DNA of 64,000 bases from Vulcanimicrobiota bacterium (GTDB taxonomy: Bacteria > Vulcanimicrobiota > Vulcanimicrobiia > Vulcanimicrobiales > Vulcanimicrobiaceae): assembly GCA_963833095.1 (NCBI GenBank), contig CAWHWQ010000005.1, forward strand, positions 64,001 through 128,000, read 5' to 3'. Positions 10,030 through 20,003 of the stretch are shown here, piece after piece; the stretch's first letter is position 1; each line of letters opens with the position of its first letter. The translations under genes and the position numbers were made by a program. The notes under the pieces were generated by a model. The model worked only from the letters and a program-made list of their open reading frames with translations. It did no database searches and was not told where the DNA came from.

Positions 10030-10667
10030 GACTTCGGACTTGCAAAGACGGAGGGCGCCACCGGCGCATTCGGAACGTAGTTCGCGAACGTAATCGTCCC
10101 GTCGACGCTATAGCCGGGGAAACGCGCGGCGATGTCGGCTTTGGTGGGCAGGTTGAACGCGCCGAAGTCACCGTAGGCTTGCACGAATTTCAAGGAGCCT
10201 CCATTGGTATAGGACCAGAGCGCCTGATCGATCAGGGCGCTTTGATCGTTGACGTGAACGGTCAGGCTCTTGACCCGGCTACCCGCCTTCTTGGGGACGA
10301 GCGAGTAAGTCGATTCCGAGCCGTCATCGGCAAGTGGCGTAAGCGTGTACTGCGTCATTGCGTCGTCGTAGGACGGCGTTGAGGTAACGAGATCTTTGAA
10401 CTTGCTCAGCGATCCCGAGACATTTTGGAATTCGATCTTGCGCTTCGGCTTGAGATAGTACACCACGCCGTCAAAGCTCTTGTGAACCGGGATCACCACA
10501 TGCAGCGTCGCGTCGAGCTTTGCCGACGCGGTATATGATTTCAGGGTCGGATTCGGGTCCGTGGCGCGGCGAAGCAAATCGAGTGACGCCGTTTGGGCAC
10601 TCGATGCCTCGCCTCGAGCGAAGAGGACGCCAATGACAAGCAGAGCGACGGCAAATGGCGCACGCAC
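10026..10667 (-). CDS. Secreted hypothetical protein, possibly LolA/LppX-like fold
   Basis: Signal peptide, beta-rich body, YSLVPK motif; 4-nt overlap with the chrA start. Confidence 0.6.
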   Translation of the reverse strand: MRAPFAVALLVIGVLFARGEASSAQTASLDLLRRATDPNPTLKSYTASAKLDATLHVVIPVHKSFDGVVYYLKPKRKIEFQNVSGSLSKFKDLVTSTPSYDDAMTQYTLTPLADDGSESTYSLVPKKAGSRVKSLTVHVNDQSALIDQALWSYTNGGSLKFVQAYGDFGAFNLPTKADIAARFPGYSVDGTITFANYVPNAPVAPSVFASPKS

Positions 10668-10737
10668 CTACTACGCATAGCTCAATCGGCACGCGGGCGC
10701 TCGGGCCTGTCCAGGACTGCGAGGCGCAAGCCGGAAA

Positions 10738-11211
10738 ATGTTTTGCCCGATGGATGACGATGTTGCGGCGTTCCTTGCGATCAATCAGGAGTGCGAGGAC
10801 CAACTTTGGCCCGCGACCGAGTCCGAGTTGCGAGCGATGATAGGCAACGCCTATCGCGCAATGCTCACGCCGGACCGGCTTGCAATGTTGATCTCGTTCG
10901 ACGAACGCTCAGCGTATGACAGCCCGAACTTTCGCTGGTTCGCGGAACGCTATCCGCGTTTCGTCTACGTCGATCGCGTGGCGGTTACGGAGTCTGCACG
11001 AGGGCGCGGTCTTGCTCGGCGTCTGTATGAGGATCTCATTGCCGCCGCGCGCGCCGACGGACACCAGGTTATCTGCGCGGAGGTCTACTTCGAGCCGCCT
11101 AATCCGCAGTCCGATGCGTTCCACGAAGCCATGGGGTTCGTTGAGGTCGGACGCGCTCGGGTTGCCGATCGCGGCGGCAAGACCGTCCGCTATCTCGTGC
11201 GAGAGCTGTAA
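10738..11211 (+). CDS. GNAT-family acetyltransferase
   Basis: YDSPNFRWF, YVDRVAV, ARGRGLARRLY and SDAFHEAMGF. Confidence 0.88.
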   Translation: MFCPMDDDVAAFLAINQECEDQLWPATESELRAMIGNAYRAMLTPDRLAMLISFDERSAYDSPNFRWFAERYPRFVYVDRVAVTESARGRGLARRLYEDLIAAARADGHQVICAEVYFEPPNPQSDAFHEAMGFVEVGRARVADRGGKTVRYLVREL

Positions 11212-11212
11212 C

Positions 11213-11863
11213 TTAATCGAGGCGCAACGTGCGCGTCCAAAAGATCGTCAGCATTTCGGCCATTTTCTCGACGCTGGGTTTGTTGGGCGCGAGAACCCAT
11301 TCGGCGAGAATCGCGACGGCGGCGCTCCCGAGGCCGATGGAGATGAGACGGCTGTCGAGATCGTGCAGAACGCCGGTCGGCTCGAGGAAATCGGTGGCGC
11401 GGGTCAGTTGCCGAATCGAGCGTTCGCGCAAATCTCGACGGTGCTGCTCGAGCGAAGGGCTAACGCCTAGACTTTCCAGCGCGTAGATGCGCGCTCGGCG
11501 CGGATCTTCCGTAAAGTACGAATAGTACGCGCGATTCGACGCGAGCATGCGTTCGTAAACCGGCTTGTCGGTCGAACGCAACTTCTCACGCACGATATCG
11601 TGCGCGTGTTCTGCGATGTCGTCCAGTATTGCGCGCAACAACGCTTCGCGCGAAGGAAACTCTTCATAGAAGTGGCGCGCCGTCACGCCCGACGCCATGC
11701 AAATTGCCGGGATGGTCGTCTTTAAGAAGCCGATCGTTCCGAACAATTCCAACCCGGCGGCAAGCAAACGCGAACGACGCTCGGCGCGGCGTTGCGCATC
11801 CGAGAGGCCGCCGTAACGGCGGCTCGGCTTTTCTACGAGTGCTTGGTCTACCACGTCCGCCAT
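11213..11863 (-). CDS. TetR/AcrR-family regulator
   Basis: RRAERRSRLLAAGLELFG...GVTARHFYEEF HTH; ATG 11863 with GAGGA RBS. Confidence 0.92.
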   Translation of the reverse strand: MADVVDQALVEKPSRRYGGLSDAQRRAERRSRLLAAGLELFGTIGFLKTTIPAICMASGVTARHFYEEFPSREALLRAILDDIAEHAHDIVREKLRSTDKPVYERMLASNRAYYSYFTEDPRRARIYALESLGVSPSLEQHRRDLRERSIRQLTRATDFLEPTGVLHDLDSRLISIGLGSAAVAILAEWVLAPNKPSVEKMAEMLTIFWTRTLRLD

Positions 11864-11897
11864 ATGGTCCTCTAGCGCAGGTTGGAAACATTCATTC

Positions 11898-11913
11898 GAC
11901 AAAACGGCTTGTC
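11898..11913. promoter_or_regulatory. Inverted repeat GACAA-N6-TTGTC, candidate TetR operator
   Basis: Lies in the short divergent gap between tetR and the acyl-CoA dehydrogenase operon. Confidence 0.45.
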
Positions 11914-11942
11914 ACATCCCCCGCCTAGGAACCGCGCCGAAT

Positions 11943-13061
11943 ATGAATTTGACCTTCAGCCCGGAGGAGCGGGCGTTTCGCGCTGAGGTGCGTGAGTTTA
12001 TCACGACCCAGTTGCCCGATGACATCCGGCACAAGATGCAAGCCGGCGAACACCTCGACAAAGACGATTACTACCGCTGGCAGCGCCTGCTGTTCGAACG
12101 AGGTTGGATCGCTCCGAACTGGCCCGCGAAATATGGCGGCACCGGTTGGGATCCGATCCGCCGCCACATCTTTTCCGAGGAGTTATCGTACGGCTGGGCG
12201 CCGCGTTTGCTGCCGTTCGGCTTGAGTATGGTCGCGCCGGTGATCATCCAGTTCGGCAACGACGAACAGCGCGCGCGCTTTCTTCCACGCATTCTTTCGG
12301 GCGAGGACTTTTGGTGCCAGGGGTACTCGGAACCCGGATCGGGCTCCGACCTCGCCTCGCTTTCAACCAAAGCCGAGCGCAAAGGCGACCTCTACGTAAT
12401 CAACGGAACCAAAACGTGGATCACCGCCGCGCAGTGGGCCGATTGGATCTTCGTCCTTGCGCGCACGTCGCCGCTTGAGAAAAAGCGCCAAGAAGGCATC
12501 TCGTTCATCTTGGTCGACATGCGCTCGCCCGGTGTAAGCGTGCGTCCCATCACCACGATCGACGGCGGTCAAGAGATCAACGAAGTGCACCTTGAAAACG
12601 TCGAAGTGCCGGTCACAAACCGTGTCGGCGAAGAAGGCGGAGGCTGGACCTACGCCAAGTTTTTGCTCGAACACGAGCGCACCGGAACGGCCGGCATCGC
12701 AGCCTGCCGGCAGATGCTCACGCAGCTTTCCGAGCTGCGCGATCGCGAGGGTATCGCGGATCGCCGGTTCGACGAGCGTCTCGCCGAGATCGACATCGAA
12801 TTGACCGCCGTAGCCTTCACCGAAATGCGCGTGCTGGCTGCGGAGTCGGCCGGCACACGGCCAGGTCCCGAATCCTCGATCCTCAAGCTTAAAGGCACCG
12901 AGATCCAACAGGCGCTTACCGAACTCGCGCTCGACGCGGGCGGCCCATATAGCGACGTCGCGCTGGCGCGGCACTACTTTAATTTTCGTAAAGCCACGAT
13001 CTATGCCGGCTCCAACGAGATCCAAAAGAACATTATCGCCAAACAGATTCTGAAAGTATAA
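11943..13061 (+). CDS. Acyl-CoA dehydrogenase, PimC-like large subunit
   Basis: WCQGYSEPGSGSDLASL, NGTKTW and TIYAGSNEIQKNII. Confidence 0.93.
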   Translation: MNLTFSPEERAFRAEVREFITTQLPDDIRHKMQAGEHLDKDDYYRWQRLLFERGWIAPNWPAKYGGTGWDPIRRHIFSEELSYGWAPRLLPFGLSMVAPVIIQFGNDEQRARFLPRILSGEDFWCQGYSEPGSGSDLASLSTKAERKGDLYVINGTKTWITAAQWADWIFVLARTSPLEKKRQEGISFILVDMRSPGVSVRPITTIDGGQEINEVHLENVEVPVTNRVGEEGGGWTYAKFLLEHERTGTAGIAACRQMLTQLSELRDREGIADRRFDERLAEIDIELTAVAFTEMRVLAAESAGTRPGPESSILKLKGTEIQQALTELALDAGGPYSDVALARHYFNFRKATIYAGSNEIQKNIIAKQILKV

Positions 13062-13065
13062 GACG

Positions 13066-14133
13066 ATGGATTTCACGCTAACGGCCGAGCAAGTCTTGTT
13101 GCGCGACAGCGTCGCGCGCTTTGCGATAAACGGTTCCTCGAACGGTGCGCGACGAGATCACTGGAAGCAGTTCACCGAACTGGGCTGGCTCGCGATCGGC
13201 GCACCGGAAGACGCGGGCGGTTTCGGCGGAGCGACCGAAACGCTGCTATTAATGGAACAGCTCGGCCGCGGACTCGTGGTCTCGCCGTTCGTCTCGCACG
13301 TCGTCCTCGCCGGAGCGGTGCTGCACGCCGCTAATCGCGGCGATCTCATCGAGGACGTCGTCGAAGGCCGTCGCCGCTTCGCGGTTGCGTACGAAGAACG
13401 CGGCGCGCGTTACGACCCGGCGAGGGTTGAAGTTCGCGCGGAGCGCGACGCCGGCGGCTGGAAGCTGCGCGGCACGAAGGTCCGCGTGCTCGATGCTGCA
13501 GCGGCCGACACCTACATCGTCTCGGCCGTAACAGCCGACGGAGTTGCTCTTTTCATGATTCCCGCGTCGGCGGAGAACGTCACGCGCGCGCCCTATCCCG
13601 GCGAAGACGGGCACGACGTCGCAACGCTGCAGTTCGATGGTGTCACCCTCGGCGAGGATGCAGTGATCGCGCCGCCCGGTAACGCGCTGCATGCGCTGGA
13701 AGCCGGGGTCGACGCCGCCACGGCTGCGCTCTGCGCGGAGGCGCTTGGTCTATGCGCCGTCATGCTTGAGACAACAGTCGAATACTTGAAGGTGCGCCAG
13801 CAATTCGGCGTTCCACTCAGTTCTTTCCAGGCATTGCAGCATCGCATGGCGGAGATGTACATCGAACTTGAGCTGATTCGCTCGATGGCTTACCATGCGG
13901 CGATGACGGTCGAGTCGCAACCCGACGCGGTAGCGCGCAAGCGCGCCATCTCGGCGGCAAAGGCGCAAGTCGCGAAGTCCGGCCGGTTCATCGGACAACA
14001 GGCCATTCAGCTTCACGGCGCGATCGGCATGAGCGAGGAATATAAGATCGGACACTACTTCAAGCGCATGACTTTCGTCGAACGCCTTTTTGGCGATCGT
14101 GATTATCACGTTCGGCGCTACCTCGCATGCTGA
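13066..14133 (+). CDS. Acyl-CoA dehydrogenase, PimD-like small subunit
   Basis: RQQFGVPLSSFQALQHRMA, IQLHGAIG and FGDRDYH; partner of the upstream gene. Confidence 0.92.
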   Translation: MDFTLTAEQVLLRDSVARFAINGSSNGARRDHWKQFTELGWLAIGAPEDAGGFGGATETLLLMEQLGRGLVVSPFVSHVVLAGAVLHAANRGDLIEDVVEGRRRFAVAYEERGARYDPARVEVRAERDAGGWKLRGTKVRVLDAAAADTYIVSAVTADGVALFMIPASAENVTRAPYPGEDGHDVATLQFDGVTLGEDAVIAPPGNALHALEAGVDAATAALCAEALGLCAVMLETTVEYLKVRQQFGVPLSSFQALQHRMAEMYIELELIRSMAYHAAMTVESQPDAVARKRAISAAKAQVAKSGRFIGQQAIQLHGAIGMSEEYKIGHYFKRMTFVERLFGDRDYHVRRYLAC

Positions 14134-15014
14134 TCTCGGAGCTGGCTGAGCAAGTCGTCAGCGGGCTTGCAACCGGCGCCATCATCGCTAGCATGGCGCT
14201 GGCGCTCGTGCTCATCTATCGTTCGATGAACGTCATCAATTTCGCGCAAGGTGAGATGGCGATGTTTTCGACGTTCATCGCATATACGCTGATCGGTCGC
14301 GGCGTGCCGATCTGGATCTCCTTCGCGCTCACGGTGCTCATTGCGTTCGTGGGCGGCGTGGCAATCGAACGCATCGTGATCCGCCCCATCGAGCACGCGT
14401 CGCCGCTGACGATCGTGATCGTAACGCTGGGATTATTGATCTCGATCAACGGTCTCGCGGGTTGGATTTGGGGCTACGACGTGCACGCGTTTCCGAGCCC
14501 GTTCCCGGAAACCACTTTTCGCTTAGGTGGCGTCGTGCTCTCCGCGCAGGATCTGGGCGTGATCGTTACGTGTCTCGGCATGCTCTTCGTGCTGTGGTTT
14601 TTCTTCGGCCGCACGCGCCTTGGCCTAGCGATGCGCGCCGCGGCGCTCTATCCGATGGAGAGCCGCGTGCTGGGAATCCGCGTAGGGTGGATGCTGGCGC
14701 TCGGATGGGGGCTAGCCGCGGTGGTTGGCGCCATCTCCGGCGTCATGATCGCGCCGATCGTTTTTCTCGAGCCGAACATGATGCAAGGACTGGTCGTCTA
14801 CGCATTTGCGGCTGCGGTACTCGGGGGCATCGATAGTCCGGTCGGTGCCGTGGTCGGCGGACTGATCCTTGGCGTCGCGCTCAACCTTATGGGAACATAC
14901 GTCTCGTTCATCGGCACGGACCTGCGATTGCCGGCGGCCTTCCTGATCATCGTGCTCGTGCTCGTCGTACGGCCTAGCGGATTTTTCGGGAAACAGAGCG
15001 TGACTCGCGTATGA
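14127..15014 (+). CDS. Branched-chain amino acid-type ABC permease (LivH family)
   Basis: INFAQGE, TRLGLAMRA and AAAVLGG. Confidence 0.92.
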   Translation: MLISELAEQVVSGLATGAIIASMALALVLIYRSMNVINFAQGEMAMFSTFIAYTLIGRGVPIWISFALTVLIAFVGGVAIERIVIRPIEHASPLTIVIVTLGLLISINGLAGWIWGYDVHAFPSPFPETTFRLGGVVLSAQDLGVIVTCLGMLFVLWFFFGRTRLGLAMRAAALYPMESRVLGIRVGWMLALGWGLAAVVGAISGVMIAPIVFLEPNMMQGLVVYAFAAAVLGGIDSPVGAVVGGLILGVALNLMGTYVSFIGTDLRLPAAFLIIVLVLVVRPSGFFGKQSVTRV

Positions 15015-15922
15015 ACCTGCCGGCGCGTCGTCTCGTTCCCGTCATAGCGGCCGTCGCGCTGTTTGCCGCGCTGCCGTTCGTGCTTCCATCGTTCCTCACG
15101 TTTCAATTTGCGTTTGCCGGCGCGTACGCGTGCGCGATTTTGGGGTTAACGGTTTTGACCGGGACCAACGGGCAAATCTCGCTTGGGCAGGGCGCATTCA
15201 TGGCCGCCGGCGGATACACGGTGGCAATCCTCGTGCATAGCGCGGGATGGCCGCCGGAATTAGCGATCCCGATAGCGGCCGCGGTCGCCTTCGTCCTGGG
15301 CGGTGTCGTCGGGTTGATTGCCTTGCGCCTCACCGGCGCGTATCTTGCGCTTGCGACCTTTGCCCTGGCCGTTTCCGTGTCGCCGTTGATCAAGCGCTTC
15401 GGCTGGATCACCGGTGGGGCGCAAGGCGTGACGTTGCCCTTCTCGCGCGACTCGAGAGTGCTCTACGCGGAGTCGTGGGGAATCGCCGCACTGCTGCTAC
15501 TCATCACGTGGTTCATGCTGCGTGGGCGCATCGGGCGCTGCTTGCGAGCGCTTCGCGACAACGAGATCGCGGCGGCCTCGTTCGGAATCGATCCGGTTCC
15601 CTACAAAACGTTTGCATTTGCGCTCAGCGCAGCGTACGCCGGAATCGCGGGAGCGCTGATCGCGACCGCCACCGCGTACGTCAGCCCCGACACGTTCGGA
15701 TTGCAACTCTCGCTCACGCTGATCATCGGCGTCGTGATCGGCGGTCTCGACTCACTATGGGGCGCCGCCATCGGCGGCTTGGTCGTCGAGTTCTTGCCCC
15801 TCGCCGCGCAGTCCATCAACGTCGCCGCCACATCGGTCATCTACGGTATCGCACTCATCCTCGTCATGATCCTCATGCCCGGCGGGATAGCCGGCGCACT
15901 TCGCACGCTCAGTAGGAGGTAA
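15011..15922 (+). CDS. Branched-chain amino acid-type ABC permease (LivM family)
   Basis: GQISLGQGAF, YLALAT and ALRDNEIAA. Confidence 0.92.
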   Translation: MNLPARRLVPVIAAVALFAALPFVLPSFLTFQFAFAGAYACAILGLTVLTGTNGQISLGQGAFMAAGGYTVAILVHSAGWPPELAIPIAAAVAFVLGGVVGLIALRLTGAYLALATFALAVSVSPLIKRFGWITGGAQGVTLPFSRDSRVLYAESWGIAALLLLITWFMLRGRIGRCLRALRDNEIAAASFGIDPVPYKTFAFALSAAYAGIAGALIATATAYVSPDTFGLQLSLTLIIGVVIGGLDSLWGAAIGGLVVEFLPLAAQSINVAATSVIYGIALILVMILMPGGIAGALRTLSRR

Positions 15923-15924
15923 CC

Positions 15925-17154
15925 ATGCACTTTTCTCGTCGTTTCGGCGTGCTCGCGATCGCATTGACATTGATCGCGGGATACTTCATCGGTACACCTC
16001 GTCTCGCGCTCGGCGACGCGCCAGGTGTTACCAGCACGCAGATCCTCATTGGAGGCACGCACCCGTTTAGCGGCCCGGCTGCGGCCTACGGTACGATTTC
16101 CCAAGGCATCCAAGCATACTTCGCCTACGTCAACGATCACGGCGGCGTCTACGGCCGCAAGATCGTCTATAAAGACGTCGACGACGGCTACAACCCGGCG
16201 CAGACGGTTCAGCTCGTCAAGCAGCTCGCCGAACAAGACCAGGTTTTCGCGTTCTTCAACACGCTCGGGACGGCGCCGAATGTCGCGATCCAGCCATATC
16301 TGAATGAGCGGAAGATTCCGCAGCTCTTCATCGCGACGGGAGCGACGCAGTTTGGCCTCGAGGGAACCAAATATCCCTACACCCTGCTCTTCAATCCCGA
16401 CTATCAATCGGAAGCGCAGATCTTCGGTAAGGATCTCATTGCGCACAATAAGAACGCCAAGGTAGCAATCATCTATCAAAACGACGACTTCGGCCAGGAC
16501 TATGTCACCGGGTTCCAACGGGCTATCGCAGGTAAGGGACCCACCGTCGTGAAGACCGCGTCCTACGAAGTCACCGATGCCGACGTCGGCTCGCAGATGC
16601 AAGCGCTCAAAGCGAGCGGTGCCGACACGCTGTTGATCGCCGCAACGCCGAAGTTCGCAGTGCAATCGATGGTCATTAAAGCCAAGCTCGGCTGGAATCC
16701 GGTTACCTACCTGACCGATGTGTCGGCAGCCCAATTCCTCATGCAGGCTGCGACCAAGGCCGGCGGTGCCGGAGCAACCAACGGCATCATCACGGCAGAA
16801 TACGTGCTCGATCCGACCAACCGGGGCATGGCCGGGGCGCCGGGTATGAAGCTGTACCGCGATATTCTAGCGAAGTACGCTCCGCACGCGGACCCCAGCA
16901 ACGCCTTCGTGATCTACGGCGTGGCTGCCGCGTATACGATGGTCGACGCGCTCAAGCACGCGGGCAAAAACCCGACGCGCGAGTCGCTGATGAACGCGGC
17001 GCTGCACCTCAACGAAAAGAACCCGTTCTTCATCGACGGCGTTTCGCTGAGCACGTCCCCGAACAATCGCTTCCCGATTCGCCAAGAGCAGCTCGGAAAG
17101 TACGTAAACGGACTGTTCGTGCCTTACGGCTTCGTGATCGACGCGCGAAAATAG
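15925..17154 (+). CDS. ABC substrate-binding protein (LivJ-like)
   Basis: Signal peptide, NDHGGVYGRKI, DDGYNP and YQNDDFG. Confidence 0.92.
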   Translation: MHFSRRFGVLAIALTLIAGYFIGTPRLALGDAPGVTSTQILIGGTHPFSGPAAAYGTISQGIQAYFAYVNDHGGVYGRKIVYKDVDDGYNPAQTVQLVKQLAEQDQVFAFFNTLGTAPNVAIQPYLNERKIPQLFIATGATQFGLEGTKYPYTLLFNPDYQSEAQIFGKDLIAHNKNAKVAIIYQNDDFGQDYVTGFQRAIAGKGPTVVKTASYEVTDADVGSQMQALKASGADTLLIAATPKFAVQSMVIKAKLGWNPVTYLTDVSAAQFLMQAATKAGGAGATNGIITAEYVLDPTNRGMAGAPGMKLYRDILAKYAPHADPSNAFVIYGVAAAYTMVDALKHAGKNPTRESLMNAALHLNEKNPFFIDGVSLSTSPNNRFPIRQEQLGKYVNGLFVPYGFVIDARK

Positions 17155-17871
17155 GTGCTCTTATCGGTTCGTAACCTGACCCTTCGGTTCGGCGGCGTTA
17201 CCGCGCTTTCCGACGTCTCGTTCGACGTCGAGCGCGGTGAGGTCGCCGGACTGATCGGCCCGAACGGCGCCGGTAAAACGACCTGCTTCAACTGCATCAC
17301 GCGACTCTACGATCCCGCCTCAGGCCAGATCAGCGTGAACGGCGAGGACGTGCTGCGCTTGCCGGCGCACGCGATAGCGAAAAAGAGAGTCGCGCGCACG
17401 TTTCAAAACGTGGCTCTCTTCGATCGCCTTAGCGTGCTTGACAACGTCATGATCGGGGCGACCGGTGCCGCGTCGACGGAGGCGCAGTCGCGCGAGCTCG
17501 CGCACGCGGCCCTTGCGTATATGGAGCTTGAATCAATTGCCAAGACATACGTTGCATCGCTCCCGTTTCCCACGCGTAAGGCCGTCGAACTTGCGCGCGC
17601 GATTGCCGGTAAGCCGCAATTGCTGTTGCTCGATGAGCCGGCTTCGGGCCTGCGGCATGAAGACGTCGACGGGCTCGCGCGCCGGATCGCGAAGCTCGCC
17701 GCCGATTGGGAGATGACCGTACTGATGGTCGAACACCACATGGGTCTGGTGATGCAGCTGTGCACGCACATCGTCGTGCTCGATTCGGGCCGTCTCTTGG
17801 CCGATGGAACGCCGCAGGACGTGCAGCAGAATCCGGCAGTGATCGAGGCGTATCTGGGAACGGCCGGCTGA
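17155..17871 (+). CDS. ABC ATP-binding protein (LivG family)
   Basis: GPNGAGKT, RTFQN, LLLDEPA and VIEAYLG. Confidence 0.93.
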   Translation: MLLSVRNLTLRFGGVTALSDVSFDVERGEVAGLIGPNGAGKTTCFNCITRLYDPASGQISVNGEDVLRLPAHAIAKKRVARTFQNVALFDRLSVLDNVMIGATGAASTEAQSRELAHAALAYMELESIAKTYVASLPFPTRKAVELARAIAGKPQLLLLDEPASGLRHEDVDGLARRIAKLAADWEMTVLMVEHHMGLVMQLCTHIVVLDSGRLLADGTPQDVQQNPAVIEAYLGTAG

Positions 17872-17872
17872 C

Positions 17873-18580
17873 GTGGCATTACTCGAGGCAAGCGCGCTGC
17901 ACGCGCGCTATGGCGAGAATGATGTGCTGCACGGTATCGAGCTGCGTGTGGAACCTGGCGAGATCGTCGCGCTGCTTGGTGCCAACGGCGCGGGAAAGAC
18001 GACGACGTTTCGCGCGCTTACCGGCGCGGTCAAAACGAAGGGTGACGTCCGTTTCGACGGTTCGGCCTTCACCGGCGCGCCGGAGGATGCGGCTCGTCTC
18101 GGTGTGGCGCACGTTCCGGAGGGACGTGGAACCCTGTCATCACTCACCGTTGCAGAGAACCTGAAGCTCGGCGCCTATACGCGTCGCCAGCGCGAGCAGG
18201 AGCGCGAGACCTACGAACGGGTGCTTGCGTACTTTCCGCGCCTGCGCGAACGTAGCGCGCAAGCCGCGGGGACGCTCTCGGGCGGAGAACAACAGATGCT
18301 TGCGATCGCGCGCGCGCTGATGATGCGGCCACGGCTGCTGTTACTCGATGAGCCTTCGCTCGGACTTGCGCCGAAGATCGTCCGCGAAATCTTCGATCTG
18401 TTAGTGCAGATCAATGCCCGCGACGGCGTCGCGATCTTGGTTGCCGAGCAAAACGCGAAGATCGTGCTTTCCTCGTCGTCGCGCGCCTACGTGCTCGAAA
18501 CCGGCCGCGTTGCCGTCGAGGGCCGCAGCGCCGATCTCGTTGACGACGAGCGCATCCGGCGCTCCTATCTCGGCTATTAG
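17873..18580 (+). CDS. ABC ATP-binding protein (LivF family)
   Basis: GANGAGKT, VPEGRG, LSGGEQQ and LDEPSLGL. Confidence 0.93.
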   Translation: MALLEASALHARYGENDVLHGIELRVEPGEIVALLGANGAGKTTTFRALTGAVKTKGDVRFDGSAFTGAPEDAARLGVAHVPEGRGTLSSLTVAENLKLGAYTRRQREQERETYERVLAYFPRLRERSAQAAGTLSGGEQQMLAIARALMMRPRLLLLDEPSLGLAPKIVREIFDLLVQINARDGVAILVAEQNAKIVLSSSSRAYVLETGRVAVEGRSADLVDDERIRRSYLGY

Positions 18581-18600
18581 AGCAAGGGCCGAAATAGCTC

Positions 18601-18628
18601 TTGACTATATTTATAGTACTATTATACT
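18601..18628 (+). promoter_or_regulatory. Sigma70-like promoter overlapped by a palindromic operator; probably leaderless
   Basis: TTGACT (18601)-N16-TATACT (18623); ACTATA-TT-TATAGT at 18604-18617; ATG 6 nt after the -10 with no SD. Confidence 0.75.
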
Positions 18629-18634
18629 AGGTTC

Positions 18635-20002
18635 ATGTTCTTCCTGGGCGCGATCCTCGTCGCGCTGGTCTCGCCGAGTCCATCGCCGACGCCGCGATTG
18701 CACACCTGGCTATACACGCGCGCCTACGATGCGCGGTACCTTCAGGCCAGCGCGTTGCCGGGCGGAAATCAGCCCAACGACACGGATGAGAACGCCATGG
18801 CGATCGTTCACGCCGGCTACGATCTCGGGGCGGGATTCCAAGCCGGAGCGACCTACGCGTATAGCGACCCCAATGCGCTCTCGGGAATCAGCGATCTCAA
18901 CCAACTTCAGGAAAGCTACCTAGCCTACCGCAGCGGCACGCTCTCGGCGAAGGCCGGCAATCAATATTTCAATTCGCCCTGGGCCGACACGCACTTCAAA
19001 CTGGGCCTGGCGCCGACCGCCTTTCAGGGCGTCGACGCGATTTACACGCGCAATGCGTGGACCGTAGAAGCCGCCGATATGACACGCTTTATGAGCCGTA
19101 CTTCGGGAGGGTTTACCCGCACGAATTTGCTTACTCCCGTAGCGGAAGGCATCAATACCGGCGGATTTACGTATGGGCACGTTACCTACGCGCCGCCCGA
19201 TGCGGGCTATTCGATCAGCGGCTACGCGTACAACGTGAACGATATGGTCGCCTTTGCGTGGCTCAGCGGATTCGCGACGCTTAGTCAGCACGGATGGCGG
19301 CCGTTTATCGGCGCGCAGGGCGGCATCGAAGGCAACGCCGGCGCGTCGTATCTGGGACTCGTCCGAAGCTCGATCGCGGGCGTCATCATTGGCGCGAATC
19401 CTACCCGCAACGTCACGATCAGCGCGGCGTTCGACGAAATCCCTTGGCGGCGCGCGTCGATCGCTTTGCCGAATGGCACATCCTGCAATTCCGCCGGCCC
19501 AGCACCGACGTACCAAATCACGAACGGCAACGCCACGTTGCCCTATTTTCTTCCGCAGGGCGTTGCGCAATGCGCGAACAACGCGAACGACACCACCACG
19601 ATTTACTACGGCGGCTGGGCGAGTCCGTATAGTGACAGCTACAGCACCGACCCGATGTACACCGGTCCGCTCCTCGAGGGACCGGTCGACCGGCGCAGCC
19701 CGGGGAACTCGCAGGCGCTCATCGGCCTCTACACCTCGGCCAACGGACAGTTCACGTTTACCGAAAGCTACTACTGGTTCGATTATTCCAACCCGCTTGC
19801 GACGCAGGCCACGACCGAATGGGACAACGTCCTCGCCTACTACTTCAGCAAGATCACCACAGGCCGGTATCGCGGTTGGCTCTTCCGATATGGCTACGTC
19901 GCGCAACATAAATCCAACGTCGCGTACGCAAACGGCGCGGGCTTTCTCGGCGGCGTGCCCATCACCCGATACAGCCGCTTTCAGGTGGAGTATAGTATTT
20001 GA
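18635..20002 (+). CDS. Outer-membrane beta-barrel, OprD-like porin candidate
   Basis: Hydrophobic N-terminus plus SPSPSPTP linker, LQESYLAY, KAGNQYFNSPW, AFQG, aromatic-rich strands and C-terminal RFQVEYSI. Confidence 0.65.
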   Translation: MFFLGAILVALVSPSPSPTPRLHTWLYTRAYDARYLQASALPGGNQPNDTDENAMAIVHAGYDLGAGFQAGATYAYSDPNALSGISDLNQLQESYLAYRSGTLSAKAGNQYFNSPWADTHFKLGLAPTAFQGVDAIYTRNAWTVEAADMTRFMSRTSGGFTRTNLLTPVAEGINTGGFTYGHVTYAPPDAGYSISGYAYNVNDMVAFAWLSGFATLSQHGWRPFIGAQGGIEGNAGASYLGLVRSSIAGVIIGANPTRNVTISAAFDEIPWRRASIALPNGTSCNSAGPAPTYQITNGNATLPYFLPQGVAQCANNANDTTTIYYGGWASPYSDSYSTDPMYTGPLLEGPVDRRSPGNSQALIGLYTSANGQFTFTESYYWFDYSNPLATQATTEWDNVLAYYFSKITTGRYRGWLFRYGYVAQHKSNVAYANGAGFLGGVPITRYSRFQVEYSI

Positions 20003-20003
20003 C

